From positions 1 through 64,000 of the forward strand of contig JALHMH010000001.1 in the NCBI GenBank assembly GCA_022844165.1: DNA of 64,000 nt, in the 5' to 3' direction. Source of the DNA: Lysobacterales bacterium. Its GTDB lineage: Bacteria > Pseudomonadota > Gammaproteobacteria > Xanthomonadales > SZUA-5. Of the stretch, positions 29,381-40,700 are shown one piece after another (position 1 is the stretch's first letter; every line of letters begins with the position of its first letter). A program made the translations under genes and the position numbers. The notes below the pieces were generated by a model. That model searched no databases. It was not told the origin of the DNA and saw nothing but the letters and a program-made list of their open reading frames with translations.

Positions 29381-30643
29381 ATGGCGTTATTGGCCCTCGG
29401 CATCAACCACGCGACCGCGCCGCTTAAATTGCGTGAACGGCTGGCGATCGCCCCAGAGGCCACGCCGCGTGCGCTGCATGCGTTGCGCGATTGCGGGCCC
29501 GTCGCGGCGGCGGCGATTCTGAGCACCTGCAATCGAACCGAAGTGTACGTCGATCATGACGGCAAAGGCGATGCTGCGACCTGCGCGTGGCTGAGCGAGT
29601 TCCAGGGCGTACGGTTACGCGATATCGAGCCGGCGCTCTATCGGCATAGCGATGCCGATGCCGTGAGGCATGTATTTCGGGTAGCGACGGGGCTTGATTC
29701 GCTGATTGTCGGCGAACCGCAGATCCTCGGCCAGTTGAAGGAGGCGTACCGGCTGGCGCACGCAGCGAGAAGCCTGTCGGGCCCGCTCGACCAAATGTTG
29801 CAACGCGCATTCGCCGCAGCCAAAGATGTTCGTACTGAGACGCGCCTGGGTGCTGGCGCAGTGTCGGTGGCATTCGCCGCCGTGCGCCTGGCGGGCCAGG
29901 TATTCGATCGCATGGAAAAGCGTAGCGCGTTACTCGTTGGCGCGGGCGAGACCATTGAGCTGACGGCGCGACATTTGACCGGTGGAGGGCTCAGGCGCAT
30001 CGTCGTCGCCAATCGCACGCTGGAGCGCGCGCGCGCTTTGGCCGACGGCATTGGCGGCATGGCGGTGAGGTTGTCGGATATCGATGAACATCTGGTCGAA
30101 TGCGACATCGTTGTGACGGCGGTTCAGGTCGATGCGCCATTGTTGGATATGGCGCGAATGCAGCGAGCGATGAGGGCCCGGCGTTATCGACCGTTGTTTA
30201 TGGTCGACCTGGGTGTGCCGCGCAACATCGAACCGGAGGTGGCCGATATTCGCGACGTGTATTTGTATACGGTTGACGACTTGAGCGTTGTTGTCGATGA
30301 GGGCTTGAACGAGCGTCGCGTGGCCGCTCGCCAGGCCGAATTGCTCATCGATGTGCATGTCGATTCGTTTATGACCTGGTGGCGAGAGCGATCCGCAGGC
30401 CGTGCGATTACAACCATGCGGCAACGCGCTGATGCGGCGCGCGCAGAGGTGTTGGCCAAAGCACAGAAACGATTGGCGGCGGGTGACTCGCCAGCGGCGG
30501 TATTGGAGTTCCTTTCACAAGCGCTGACCAATCGGCTGCTGCATCGGCCGACGGTTGGCTTGCGCAGCGCGGCCGCGCTTGGTGACCGCGAGTTTCTGCA
30601 ACTGGCTTCGCGCTTGTTATCCCTGGAGCCGGCGGACCCTTGA
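29381..30643 (+). CDS. hemA: Glutamyl-tRNA reductase
   Basis: LGINH, STCNRTE, GLDSLIVGEPQILGQ, GAGE, DLGVPRNIE. Confidence 0.98.
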   Translation: MALLALGINHATAPLKLRERLAIAPEATPRALHALRDCGPVAAAAILSTCNRTEVYVDHDGKGDAATCAWLSEFQGVRLRDIEPALYRHSDADAVRHVFRVATGLDSLIVGEPQILGQLKEAYRLAHAARSLSGPLDQMLQRAFAAAKDVRTETRLGAGAVSVAFAAVRLAGQVFDRMEKRSALLVGAGETIELTARHLTGGGLRRIVVANRTLERARALADGIGGMAVRLSDIDEHLVECDIVVTAVQVDAPLLDMARMQRAMRARRYRPLFMVDLGVPRNIEPEVADIRDVYLYTVDDLSVVVDEGLNERRVAARQAELLIDVHVDSFMTWWRERSAGRAITTMRQRADAARAEVLAKAQKRLAAGDSPAAVLEFLSQALTNRLLHRPTVGLRSAAALGDREFLQLASRLLSLEPADP

Positions 30644-30666
30644 GCCCGTCCGGCACCGGGCAATCA

Positions 30667-31002
30667 TCATGCGTAGCGCAGCGAACTTATGCGCCTGGCG
30701 CGTAAACGGCGCTTTTGCTCATCTGCCAGACGCCGTGCCAATTTTGCCAACGCAGCATCAATGGCGGCCATCACTTCGGCTGCCACGGCGCGCGCGCGAA
30801 CGATTCGGCCATCGCGCAGCGCTACTTCAACCGTGAGTGTTCGATCGACACCGCCTTTGGGACCATTGACATCGACCAGGCGCGCCAGGACACGGCGAAT
30901 ATTCGGTGCCATGTGATCGAGCGCTCGCGTTGCCCTTTCGGCGAATACGGCGGTCAAGCGTGCTTCGCCCAAACGATCGGCGTCGACGAGTTGGATCTGC
31001 AT
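30667..31002 (-). CDS. HPF/RaiA-like (S30AE-fold) small protein
   Basis: RLVDVNGPKGGVD motif, AAIDAA; RBS AAGGAG. Confidence 0.75.
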   Translation of the reverse strand: MQIQLVDADRLGEARLTAVFAERATRALDHMAPNIRRVLARLVDVNGPKGGVDRTLTVEVALRDGRIVRARAVAAEVMAAIDAALAKLARRLADEQKRRLRARRISSLRYA

Positions 31003-31643
31003 GTGCGTTCTCCTTGGCTGACGAATTTGTGTGGTGACCCAGCGGCGTTACGAACCCTGTTCGTGTGGATGGTTGATGGAGTCTGGCGATCCACACACTA
31101 GTTGTGAGGGCGCAAACGAGAAAAAGTTGCCTGCGATTTCGACTCGTTCAATCGACCTGAACGTATTCTTGATGGATCGTTTACATTCATCAGCGAAGGC
31201 GAGCCCGCTGAACGTAATCGCCAGGCGGGCTTCGTCTCAGACGGACGAGTATTGTTGGCTTCGACAGTGAACTTGCCACAACGATCCAGGGTCGAAGCCT
31301 CCCGCAAGAACAGAGTCGTGCGGACAGGATCGCTGCGGAAGAACCCACCCCCGTCAGGTCAGGCGGCAGATCGCTGGGCGATTCGCAGTCTCGGCCGCAT
31401 ATGACTCACCCCCGAAACATGGGGCCGGGAGCAACCTGCGCCTCGACACGCTGCACGCTTATGTGCAGACCGGTTGCCAGGGGCCCAAGCTGATCTCCGG
31501 ATCATTGCCAACCGAGGTCGTTTTCTTAACCGCAAGCAACCATTTCAACTCTTCGCTTGAACGCCCGCCGTGCATCCGATATAAAGCGCGGCTCGCTGGC
31601 GACTTTGGCCAAGCGATCTATCTCAACTTGGACGAGGTGAACC

Positions 31644-31880
31644 ATGGCGCGCGTATGTGCAATCACCGGGAAGCGCCCCCTGGCTGGCAACAATGTATCT
31701 CACGCGAACAATAAGACGCGTCGTCGCTATCTGCCGAATCTGCAGTGGCACCGGTTTTGGGTCGCCTCCGAAAACCGCTTCGTTCGCCTGCGCCTGTCGA
31801 TGAATGCGCTGCGGACGATCGACAAGAACGGGATTGACGCGGTCCTGGCGGATCTGCGCGCCCAAGGCGAAAAAATCTAA
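31644..31880 (+). CDS. rpmB: 50S ribosomal protein L28
   Basis: [33 protein letters not shown]. Confidence 0.99.
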   Translation: MARVCAITGKRPLAGNNVSHANNKTRRRYLPNLQWHRFWVASENRFVRLRLSMNALRTIDKNGIDAVLADLRAQGEKI

Positions 31881-31892
31881 GGGGCTTAAGAC

Positions 31893-32048
31893 ATGCGCGA
31901 CAAAATCAAGCTGGTGTCGACCGCCGATACGGGTCACTTCTACACCACCACCAAGAACAAGAAGTCGACGCCTAACAAGCTCGAATTCAAAAAATACGAC
32001 CCGAAAGCGCGTAAGCACGTGGTCTACAAAGAAGCCAAAATCAAATAA
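31893..32048 (+). CDS. rpmG: 50S ribosomal protein L33 (not in ORF track)
   Basis: [51 protein letters not shown]. Confidence 0.99.
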   Translation: MRDKIKLVSTADTGHFYTTTKNKKSTPNKLEFKKYDPKARKHVVYKEAKIK

Positions 32049-32076
32049 GTCGTCGCGCCCTGCGAAAACGACAACG

Positions 32077-32103
32077 AAGCCCGCCGCCTGGCGGGCTTTT
32101 TTT
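32077..32103 (+). terminator. Rho-independent terminator of rpmBG
   Basis: AAGCCCGCC-GCCT-GGCGGGCTT plus T run. Confidence 0.9.
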
Positions 32104-32135
32104 CAGTGTGCCATGCTCCAGCCGGCGATCCACTC

Positions 32136-32480
32136 TTACAGCGCTTCGCGCACACGCCTGGGAAGCTTGTTGCGCACCAGCTCATAGGCGTGCTCGACCT
32201 GCGAGCGTAGCCATTTTGCGTCGAAATCTCCCGGCTTGCGCAGCAGGACCCATTTGGCTCGCGCCAAATATGGCGCCGGCTCGATGCCAGGATGGTCAAG
32301 CATCGCCAAAAACAAATCGGCTTCGACTTTGAACGACATCCGCCCCGCGTCAGGTCCGTTCACACAGAGCACGCAGAACATCTTCTCGGCCACCGTATAG
32401 ACCCAATCGTCGCCCCATTTGGGGGCTGCGGCGACGCCAGGCAGCTTGAGCAGCCAATCGTCGAGTTTCGTCCGGTTCAT
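32136..32480 (-). CDS. MmcQ/YjbR family protein
   Basis: KWGDDWVYTVAEKMF, PAPYLARAKWV. Confidence 0.88.
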   Translation of the reverse strand: MNRTKLDDWLLKLPGVAAAPKWGDDWVYTVAEKMFCVLCVNGPDAGRMSFKVEADLFLAMLDHPGIEPAPYLARAKWVLLRKPGDFDAKWLRSQVEHAYELVRNKLPRRVREAL

Positions 32481-32560
32481 CGATTTTCCTCCATAGGTCA
32501 AGTCGAAGCGTAAGCCTGTCACGTATTGAAGTCATACGAGTGAGCCCATAGGTTGTGCCC

Positions 32561-33010
32561 ATGGACACACTCATTCTCGCTTGCCCCGGATGTGGCGCAT
32601 TGAACCGTATTCCATCAGCGCGCTTATACGATGCGCCGCGTTGCGGAAAGTGCCGTGTCGAACTGTTTCAGCGTCGGCCATTGGACTTGGACGCAGGGAG
32701 CTTCGATGCGCACGCGCAACGCAGTGAAATTCCGCTCTTGGTCGACTTCTGGGCGCCATGGTGTCAGCCATGCCGGTCGATGGCGCCCGCGTTCGCCGCG
32801 GCCGCGCGCGGTATGGAACCGCAATTTCGCCTTGGCAAGGTTGACACCGAAGGCCAGCCCGCGCTCGGCGCGCGTTTTGCCATTCGTAGCATCCCTACTT
32901 TGGTGCTATTTCATCGCGGACAAGAAATCGCGCGGCAGTCGGGTGCCATTGGGGCGGTCGAAATTGAGCGCTTCGCGCGTGAGGCCTTTGCCCGGTATGC
33001 AAACGGCTGA
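32561..33010 (+). CDS. trxC: Thioredoxin 2 (zinc-finger thioredoxin)
   Basis: CPGC...CGKC zinc motif, VDFWAPWCQPC, IRSIPT. Confidence 0.92.
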   Translation: MDTLILACPGCGALNRIPSARLYDAPRCGKCRVELFQRRPLDLDAGSFDAHAQRSEIPLLVDFWAPWCQPCRSMAPAFAAAARGMEPQFRLGKVDTEGQPALGARFAIRSIPTLVLFHRGQEIARQSGAIGAVEIERFAREAFARYANG

Positions 33011-33103
33011 TGTCCGTCTTTGATCGTGCTGCCAGGTACGCGGATTTAACTGGAACCTGGCTCGCAACGCGCTGGCATGGGTCGGGCATGCCTAAACTCT
33101 GCC

Positions 33104-34042
33104 TCAATAGCGATAACTCAGAACTGCCGCTGCCAGCCCCAGCGTAATTGCCAGTCCGACCCAGTTATTGGCCTTGAACGCAGTGAAACAGGCGTCGCGT
33201 TCTCGATCGCGTGCATACCAAAGTTGCCAGGCCATCAACATGGCGGCAACACCCAGGCCGAAATAAAACGCCGTATTCAACTCGGCGCGATGTCCCACAA
33301 TCGCCAGAGTTCCCAGTGCGCTCGCATGCAGTATTCCGGTGGCGACCAGATCCAGGTCGCCGAACAGAATCGCTGTCGACCTGGCGCCAGCCTCAATATC
33401 GTCTTCGCGATCGACCATGGCATATAGCGTGTCGTAGGCCGTGGTCCACAGCAGGTTGGCGCAAAACAGCAACACGGCGACCGGGTCGACTTCGCCGCGA
33501 ATGGCGGTGTAGGCCATCGGGATGGCCATACTGAAAGCTGCACCCAGCACGACCTGCGGGAAGGCGATGAAACGCTTTGCGAACGGGTAGAGCACTGCCA
33601 GCAAAGCGGCAATCACCGCAAGCGCAATGGTCGCCGGATTGGTCAGTAACACAAGACACAACGCAGCCAACATCAGGATCACAAATAACGTGAGTGCACC
33701 GCGCGCCGTGACTTCGCCTGTGGCCAGCGGTCGCGATCTGGTGCGTTCCACATTCGGATCCAGCCAACGGTCGGCGTAATCATTGATCACGCAGCCGGCC
33801 GAGCGGGTGAGCACCACGCCGCTGAGAAAGATCAGCAGTGTACCGATGGGCGGCATACCATCGGCGGCCAGAAGCAGCGCCCACAGCGTCGGCCACAGCA
33901 GAAGCAGAATGCCGACAGGTTTGTCGAGACGCATCAGCCGTGCATAGGCGCGCCAGGACGGCGGCGGCGGCACGACAGCGACCGGCACCATGCGTGCGCC
34001 AGAGGGCGTTTGTACGAGACGATAGTGCGGTTTTTTTGCCAT
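33104..34042 (-). CDS. ubiA: 4-hydroxybenzoate polyprenyltransferase
   Basis: [31 protein letters not shown]; start uncertain. Confidence 0.96.
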   Translation of the reverse strand: MAKKPHYRLVQTPSGARMVPVAVVPPPPSWRAYARLMRLDKPVGILLLLWPTLWALLLAADGMPPIGTLLIFLSGVVLTRSAGCVINDYADRWLDPNVERTRSRPLATGEVTARGALTLFVILMLAALCLVLLTNPATIALAVIAALLAVLYPFAKRFIAFPQVVLGAAFSMAIPMAYTAIRGEVDPVAVLLFCANLLWTTAYDTLYAMVDREDDIEAGARSTAILFGDLDLVATGILHASALGTLAIVGHRAELNTAFYFGLGVAAMLMAWQLWYARDRERDACFTAFKANNWVGLAITLGLAAAVLSYRY

Positions 34043-34127
34043 GTGCCCATGATGCCATTGGCTGCGGCGCATTGATTGCCGTTAGCGGCTTCGCCATGCT
34101 CGCGCCATCCTTTCGATGGGGGTGTAC

Positions 34128-35906
34128 ATGCACGCATTGGTTTTGTCCGCATTGCTTACATTGACCGTCCCGGCTGAAGACTGGCGGACGCCCGCCGAAG
34201 CCTCGAAGTTCACGCGCACACCCAGCTATCAGGAAACACGCGACTACTTCGAAAAGCTCAAGGCGGCGCACCCCACCAGCATCGCGATCAACGATTTCGG
34301 CGTGTCGCCGGAGGGCCGTGCGTTGTTTAATGTGGTGATCGCCAGTGAAGGGGGATTGACCCCTGCCGCCGCCAAGGCCAGCGGCAAACCTGTGCTGCTG
34401 ATCCAGGCGTGCATCCATCCAGGCGAAAACGAGGGCAAGGATGCGTTGATGGCGCTTGCGCGTGACTGGTTGGTCGACGGCACACAAGCCAAAGCGCGGG
34501 AAAAAGTCGTACTGCTTCTGGTGCCGATCTTCAGTGTCGACGGCCATGAGAATACCGGTCCACATCGCATCAATCAGAATGGACCGGAAGAAACCGGCTG
34601 GCGGTCAACGGCGCAGAACCACAACTTGAATCGCGACTTCTTGAAAGTCGAATCCCCGGAAATGCGCGCCTGGCAAGCGCAGTGGCAGGCGTGGGATCCC
34701 GATTTGTTAGTCGATATGCATAACACCAACGGCGCCGACTATCAGTATCACCTGACCTACGCCTACGAGCGCCATGACTCGGCGCACGCCGCATCGCGCG
34801 ATTGGCAGGCGAACGCGTTCGACGTCGCGATTCCAACCGCGCTCAAGAAGAACAACTGGTTGTTGGCGCCCTATTTCGGGCAAATCGTTTTTGACGATCC
34901 GCGCAAAGGAATCACCTTCGGCGCCTCCACGCCGCGCTTTTCGACTGGATTCGGCACCGCCGCCAATCGCCCGGCGCTGCTGCTCGAAACGCACATGCTG
35001 AAGGACTTCAAGACGCGCACGAAGGTCAACGAGGACTACATCGCTGCGCTGATCGAGCATGTTGCCAAGAACCCGGAAGGCCTGACGTCGATCAATCGCG
35101 ACGCCGACGCAGCGTCAGCGGCGCTCGCCGGAAAATCCTTCGCTCTGCAATTCAAGATCGGTGAAAAAACCGAGACCTTTGACTTTCTGGGCATCGGTTA
35201 CGAACGTGTGCCGAGTGAAGTGTCCGGCGCCTTGTGGACGCGCTACAACGGCAAACCTGAGCGCATTTCCGTGGCGCTGAAACAAACGCTGGAACCCGAG
35301 GTGACCGTGACCTTGCCGCACGGCTATTTGATCCCTGCCTCGTGGACCGCGGCCATCGACGCCTTGCAAGTGCACGGTGTGCGTTTCATTCGTTTGCCGC
35401 CATCGATCACTCTGAGTGGCGCACACACCTATCGGTTTCGCGACGTCAAATATGCGGCGCAGCCGTTCGAGGGTCGCGTGCGGATCGAGTCGCTCAATCT
35501 CGAATCCGTGCGTGAGAACCTTTCGTTCCCCGCAAATAGCGTACTGGTGCCCCTCGATCAGCCGCGCAACCCGATCATCGCGCACCTGCTAGAGCCACAA
35601 GGGCCGGATTCGCTGGTCAGAATGGGCTACGGCGATGGCTTCATGACCCGCACCGAGTACGCTGAGCCGCGCGTCATGGAAGTCAAAGCGCGCGAAATGA
35701 TGGCGGCCGATCCGGCACTCAGAGCTGCATTCGAAGCCGAGCTGCAAAAGCCAGAATTCGCATCGTCGGCACAGGCGCGCCTGGATTTCTTCTACCGCCG
35801 CCTGCCGCACTACGACGAGCGCTTCCTGCGTTATCCCATCGCACGGCTTGATGCGGAACAGATCAACAAATTGCGCCATAAGAGCTCAGGTGACCGCGCT
35901 CCGTAG
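34128..35906 (+). CDS. M14-family zinc carboxypeptidase-like protein
   Basis: Signal peptide, IHPGE, NLNRD, VDMH motifs. Confidence 0.88.
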   Translation: MHALVLSALLTLTVPAEDWRTPAEASKFTRTPSYQETRDYFEKLKAAHPTSIAINDFGVSPEGRALFNVVIASEGGLTPAAAKASGKPVLLIQACIHPGENEGKDALMALARDWLVDGTQAKAREKVVLLLVPIFSVDGHENTGPHRINQNGPEETGWRSTAQNHNLNRDFLKVESPEMRAWQAQWQAWDPDLLVDMHNTNGADYQYHLTYAYERHDSAHAASRDWQANAFDVAIPTALKKNNWLLAPYFGQIVFDDPRKGITFGASTPRFSTGFGTAANRPALLLETHMLKDFKTRTKVNEDYIAALIEHVAKNPEGLTSINRDADAASAALAGKSFALQFKIGEKTETFDFLGIGYERVPSEVSGALWTRYNGKPERISVALKQTLEPEVTVTLPHGYLIPASWTAAIDALQVHGVRFIRLPPSITLSGAHTYRFRDVKYAAQPFEGRVRIESLNLESVRENLSFPANSVLVPLDQPRNPIIAHLLEPQGPDSLVRMGYGDGFMTRTEYAEPRVMEVKAREMMAADPALRAAFEAELQKPEFASSAQARLDFFYRRLPHYDERFLRYPIARLDAEQINKLRHKSSGDRAP

Positions 35907-35962
35907 CGCCGGATGTCGATTCGAACTCGCTGCGTTTGCGGTTTCGCGCGCCTCCTGCGCCG

Positions 35963-36373
35963 TCATCGACCTGCGCGCGTTTCTAGTGCTCGCCGAGAAG
36001 CAATGAAGTGGCTGTCGGCGCGCAGCTTTTTGGCGATCGTCGAAGCAGGTTCGATGACGCGCCAGAAGGGCGCGATGTCGGCGACGCTGGCGCCGGCTTG
36101 CAGTTCATCCCATGCAGCTTCGGCAACAATGCGCAGGAAAATCGAACTCGATACAGGGCACGCAGCGTCGGCACCGTGCGCTGCGGCAAGTGAGTTGCGC
36201 ATTTCTGCGATGCTGTGAAATTCACCCCGCTGCAGTGAGTGCAGCCACGCCGCGATGTCGTGCGGGCACGAGATCAATAGTCGTGCGCCTTGTGGCACGC
36301 CGCCAAAGGCCTTTTCGAGCACGGTCACATGTGCTGCTGGCGCATGCATCCTTTCCGCCCACGACTTCGCCAT
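35963..36373 (-). CDS. Hypothetical protein, MGMT/ATL-like
   Basis: ACPVSSSIFL and PFWRV motifs. Confidence 0.6.
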   Translation of the reverse strand: MAKSWAERMHAPAAHVTVLEKAFGGVPQGARLLISCPHDIAAWLHSLQRGEFHSIAEMRNSLAAAHGADAACPVSSSIFLRIVAEAAWDELQAGASVADIAPFWRVIEPASTIAKKLRADSHFIASRRALETRAGR

Positions 36374-36438
36374 GGTCGCCTCCGCAAGACTCAAGCTGGC
36401 GCTATTGTCCTCTGCTTCGCCACCAACGTCATGTGCCC

Positions 36439-37566
36439 ATGCGCTTTGAAACGCTCGCTGTCCACGCTGCGGCCGATATCGACCGCGAAACCGGTGCGGT
36501 TGCGCCACCGCTGCATTTGTCGACGACTTTCGAACACCCGGCCGATTCGACGCAAATCACGGGCTATTTGTACCAGCGCTACGCAAATCCAACTCAGGAT
36601 CGGCTGGAAGAAGCATTGGCTGCGCTGGATGGTGGCGCAGCGGCCCTGGCTTTTGCCACCGGGATGGCCGCAGGCGCGGCACTATTGCAAAACTTGCCGC
36701 AGGGTGGCGAAGTGCTGATGGCGGACGACACCTACTTTGCTTTTCGCAAGTTGGCCGAGCGCTTCTTCCCGCGTTGGGGACTGACCTGGCGCCTCGTCGA
36801 CATGAGCGATCCGGTCGCCGTAGCCGCTGCCATCGGACCAGAGACGGTCTGCATCTGGGCGGAAACGCCGAGCAATCCAAGGCTGAAAGTGACCAGTGTT
36901 GCAGCGTTATCGGCGCTCGCGCGACCGCGAGCAATCAAACTTGTCGTGGATGCAACATTCGCGACGCCAGCGCTATTGAACCCAATTGCCCTCGGCGCCG
37001 ACGTTGTGCTGCATTCGACAACCAAATATCTCGGTGGTCATAGCGACGCGATGGGGGGTGCGTTGATTTTCGGTGAGCGCAGCGCCTGGAGCGATGCGAT
37101 CCTGGAAACACGCAAGTTGCAAGGCGCGACTGCGAGCCCCTTCGCGTCCTGGCTCATTCTGCGCGGCATCAGAACGCTGGCGCCGCGCGTGTCGTGGCAA
37201 TCAAAGAGCGCGCAGGCGCTGGCGGAATTTCTGGTCGCCCATCCGCGCGTTTGTGCTGTTCACTACCCCGGTCTGGCCGAGCACCCGGGTCATGGGATCG
37301 CACAGCGCGAAATGCGGCAGTTCGGCGGCATGTTGAGCGTCGAAATCGTCGGCGGTCGCGAGGCCGCATTGAACGTCGCGAATGCACTCTCATTGTTCAT
37401 CAATGCCACCAGTCTTGGCGGATATGAAAGCCTCGTCGAACACCGCGAGTCTGTCGAGGGTAGAGGCTCGCCAACGCCAGCAAATCTGTTGCGGTTGTCT
37501 GTGGGTTTGGAGCACTGCGAAGACCTGATCGCCGATTGGCAACAGGCACTGGCTTGCGCGGGATAA
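36439..37566 (+). CDS. Cystathionine gamma-synthase/lyase family PLP enzyme
   Basis: YQRYANPT, ETPSNP, DATFATP, HSTTKYLGGH, SLGGYESL, LRLSVGLE. Confidence 0.93.
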   Translation: MRFETLAVHAAADIDRETGAVAPPLHLSTTFEHPADSTQITGYLYQRYANPTQDRLEEALAALDGGAAALAFATGMAAGAALLQNLPQGGEVLMADDTYFAFRKLAERFFPRWGLTWRLVDMSDPVAVAAAIGPETVCIWAETPSNPRLKVTSVAALSALARPRAIKLVVDATFATPALLNPIALGADVVLHSTTKYLGGHSDAMGGALIFGERSAWSDAILETRKLQGATASPFASWLILRGIRTLAPRVSWQSKSAQALAEFLVAHPRVCAVHYPGLAEHPGHGIAQREMRQFGGMLSVEIVGGREAALNVANALSLFINATSLGGYESLVEHRESVEGRGSPTPANLLRLSVGLEHCEDLIADWQQALACAG

Positions 37567-37799
37567 CCCGACAAGACTTTGCCTCAGAACGGCGAGCATA
37601 GTTGGCATCGTTCGATTGTGCGGACTCGATCGAGTCTGCGAAATGTCGCTGTGCGTGAATACGGAGGCCATGGCCTGATTGCCGACCAAATCACGTTGAT
37701 TGCCTGGAATTGCGTGGTAAGTCTCGCCAGCGCGGCGAATCCCCGTTACAATCCTGGGCTTAAGCGACGGCAATGATTTTTTAGGGAGCGCAAGTACTT

Positions 37800-40700
37800 A
37801 TGAAGAATTTCGCGCAAATTACTTTAGCTCTGATTGCGTTTGCGATGTCGACTGCGGCGCAATCGGCCCCGGACGGGTCTACGCCGCCGACGCTGCTTTA
37901 CAATCCGAGCGTCGGCAGTACGATCAACTTCTCCGGCGTCACGACGCCCGGCACCAATGGCAACGCCACAATTGGCGTGACAGCGAGTGGCGGTACCAGT
38001 GGCGGCGCCACGGGTTTGTCGTGCACGTTTGTGGGTGCCAACGCCGTCAACTTCACGGTAACGCCGTCATCGCTGAATCTGGCGACCGGTGCGCCGCCAG
38101 CATCGCTCAATCTGGGTTGCCAGTCCGGCACCAGCCAACGTACGGCGACGCTCAATTGTGCTGAAACGCCCAACGGTATCACGGGGCCGACTCGATCCTG
38201 GCCGGTGATTTGTCCTGCAGGCGTTTCCAATACACCGCCGACCCTGAGCTATAACCCTGCGCCCGGCAGCGCGGTGGTCTTTTCTGCGGCGAACAATCTT
38301 GTCGGTCAACAGGCCACCGCGCAGATTCGAATTACACCCTCGGGCGGATCGGGGACTGGTATCAGCGCGACGACCCGAGTCTCCAATTGCACGCTCAGCG
38401 GTGAAACGGTCGCCAACACCTTCGCTGGATTTCAGGGCGTCAATCTGCAGTTCGTTGGCTCAACAACCACGCCTCAGAACATCAACCTGACGGCACAGAT
38501 TCGCAGCACCAATGTCGCGGCGACATTGACCTGCCAGGAGATCGTCGGCAACCCGAATGGCACTGAGGGTACGCCGGGCACTCGCAGCTGGCCGCTGCAG
38601 GTAGCAGCCGGGCAAACACCGGCCCGCATGTTCGTCCGCAAAACATCGAGCGCATCCACCGTCGCCGCGAATGCGGAATTTGCATACACGATTGCTGTCG
38701 AAAACGACGGCAGCAGCGCACTGACCGGACTGGTTCTGCTCGACAATGTTCCTGCCGGGCTGACGGTTCTGGGGGCAGCAGGAGCAGGATGGAGTTGCAG
38801 CGTGGCCGGTAACGCCGTGGATTGTCGCCGCAGTACATTGGCGGCCAATGCCGAAACCGAAGTGACGATTGATGTGCGTGCCCCGAATGCATCGGCGAGC
38901 TTGCTGAATACGGTCACTGTGTCGAGCAACGAAATCCGTAATCCGGTGGCAGCAAACGTCAGCGTTACGGTGAATGCAGCGCCTGCGGGATTTGTCGACC
39001 TGCAGCTCAGTACGATCGACACGCCCGACCCGGTGGTGGTCAATGGATCGCTCAATATGGCCTATACGATCACCAATCGCGGCACGGCGCCAGCCAGCGG
39101 CGTCGCGCTGGATGCCGAATTGGCGACTTTCACTTTCGTCTCCGCGAGTGGGGCAGGGTGGTCATGCAATTCGGCGGTCAGCTCCAGTTGCGCGCTGGCC
39201 ACGCCGCTGTCGGCCGGGGCAAGTAGTACGGTGACCCTGCAATTGCGCGCGCCGTCGGCCGCCGCCACCGTCAGCACCCGGGCGACTGTCCGGTCGACCG
39301 AGCCGGACGCGAATCCAGCCGACAACGTCGATGCCGAATCCACGGTGGTGACCACCACCCCGCCCCCGCCGCCCGATCCGCGCGCTGACTTGGAGGTCAC
39401 CGCGCAAGTTGTGCCAGCGACTGCGATCACTGGGCAGGCTGTGGAATTTCAGTTCGCAGCGAACAATCGCGGGCCAGACCCAGCCAGCAATGTCGTGCTG
39501 CAGGCAACGTTCGCTGCAACGCTAGAAGTGCGAAGTGCTGCAGGCGAGGGTTTTAGCTGCCAGGTCACGGGACAACTGGTTCGCTGCACGCGTGCAACGC
39601 AGGGTCTCAATGCAAGTAGCACGGTGCGTGTGGGGGCGTTGGTCCGCCCCGGTTCGACGGCGGTGGCCGATGCCGTCGCGCAGATCTCGTCCGCAACGCA
39701 GGACCCGGTGCCGAACAACAATTCAGCGCGCGCCGTACTCGCTTACCAATCCGGTGGTGCCGATCTTTCAATTGTAAAGACGGATAGCGCCGATCCGGTG
39801 CGCGCGGGCGCCGAATTCAGCTACACACTTGCGGTGAACAACGCAGGTCCTGAAGCGGCAAGCGGCGTGCGAATCATCGATACGCTTCCGGCCAACTTGA
39901 TATTCGTCAGCGCTTCGGGCGCAGGCGCGGTTTGCGGCCGTACTGGGCAAGTGGTCACTTGTACGCTGGCGGCAAATCTGGCGGCCGGTGCGGCGACCAG
40001 CGTCACTATTGTGGTGCGTGCCCCGACAACCGGACAGTCGGTGACCAATGAAGGTACTGTTTCCGCGACGACGAGCGATTCGAATCTAGCCAACAACCGT
40101 GCCACCCAATCGACCACCATCAACAACCGTAATGCAGACGATTTGGCGACGCTGTTGAATCCGTTGGCCACCGACCCGGCGTCTCGCGCGGCGGTGCCGG
40201 TGGTTGCCGGCGAGTGTGCGCGTTCGTTGACCGGACTGGGAGGCGCGTGCGCCGACATCATCCGCGCAGCCGATGAGGGACGAGGCAACGAAGTGGGCGA
40301 CGCGTTGCGCGCCATCGCGCCGGATGAAGTGTTGGCGCAATCGGTCGTGTTGCGCGAAATCGGCGCAACACAGTTTTTCAACGTGGATGCACGGTTGAGC
40401 GAGCTGCGACGTGGTGGCGGTGGTTTCAGTCTGTCAGGACTGACTGTGACGCAAGGCGCGCAAACCATTCCAGTGGCGATTGCCAGCGATGCGATCCGCG
40501 CGGCGCTGGGTTTTGGCGATGACGGTCTTGGAGGCTTGCTGAGTCAATGGGGCTTCTTCATCAACGGCAATATCACCAGCGGCGAGCAGGATCTGAACCG
40601 GACGCGAGGAAACGTTGGCGTGGACTACGATTCGCGCGGCATCACGGCGGGCGTCGACTATCGCTTCAATACTCGCGCCGTCGCTGGCGTGGCTCTGGGT

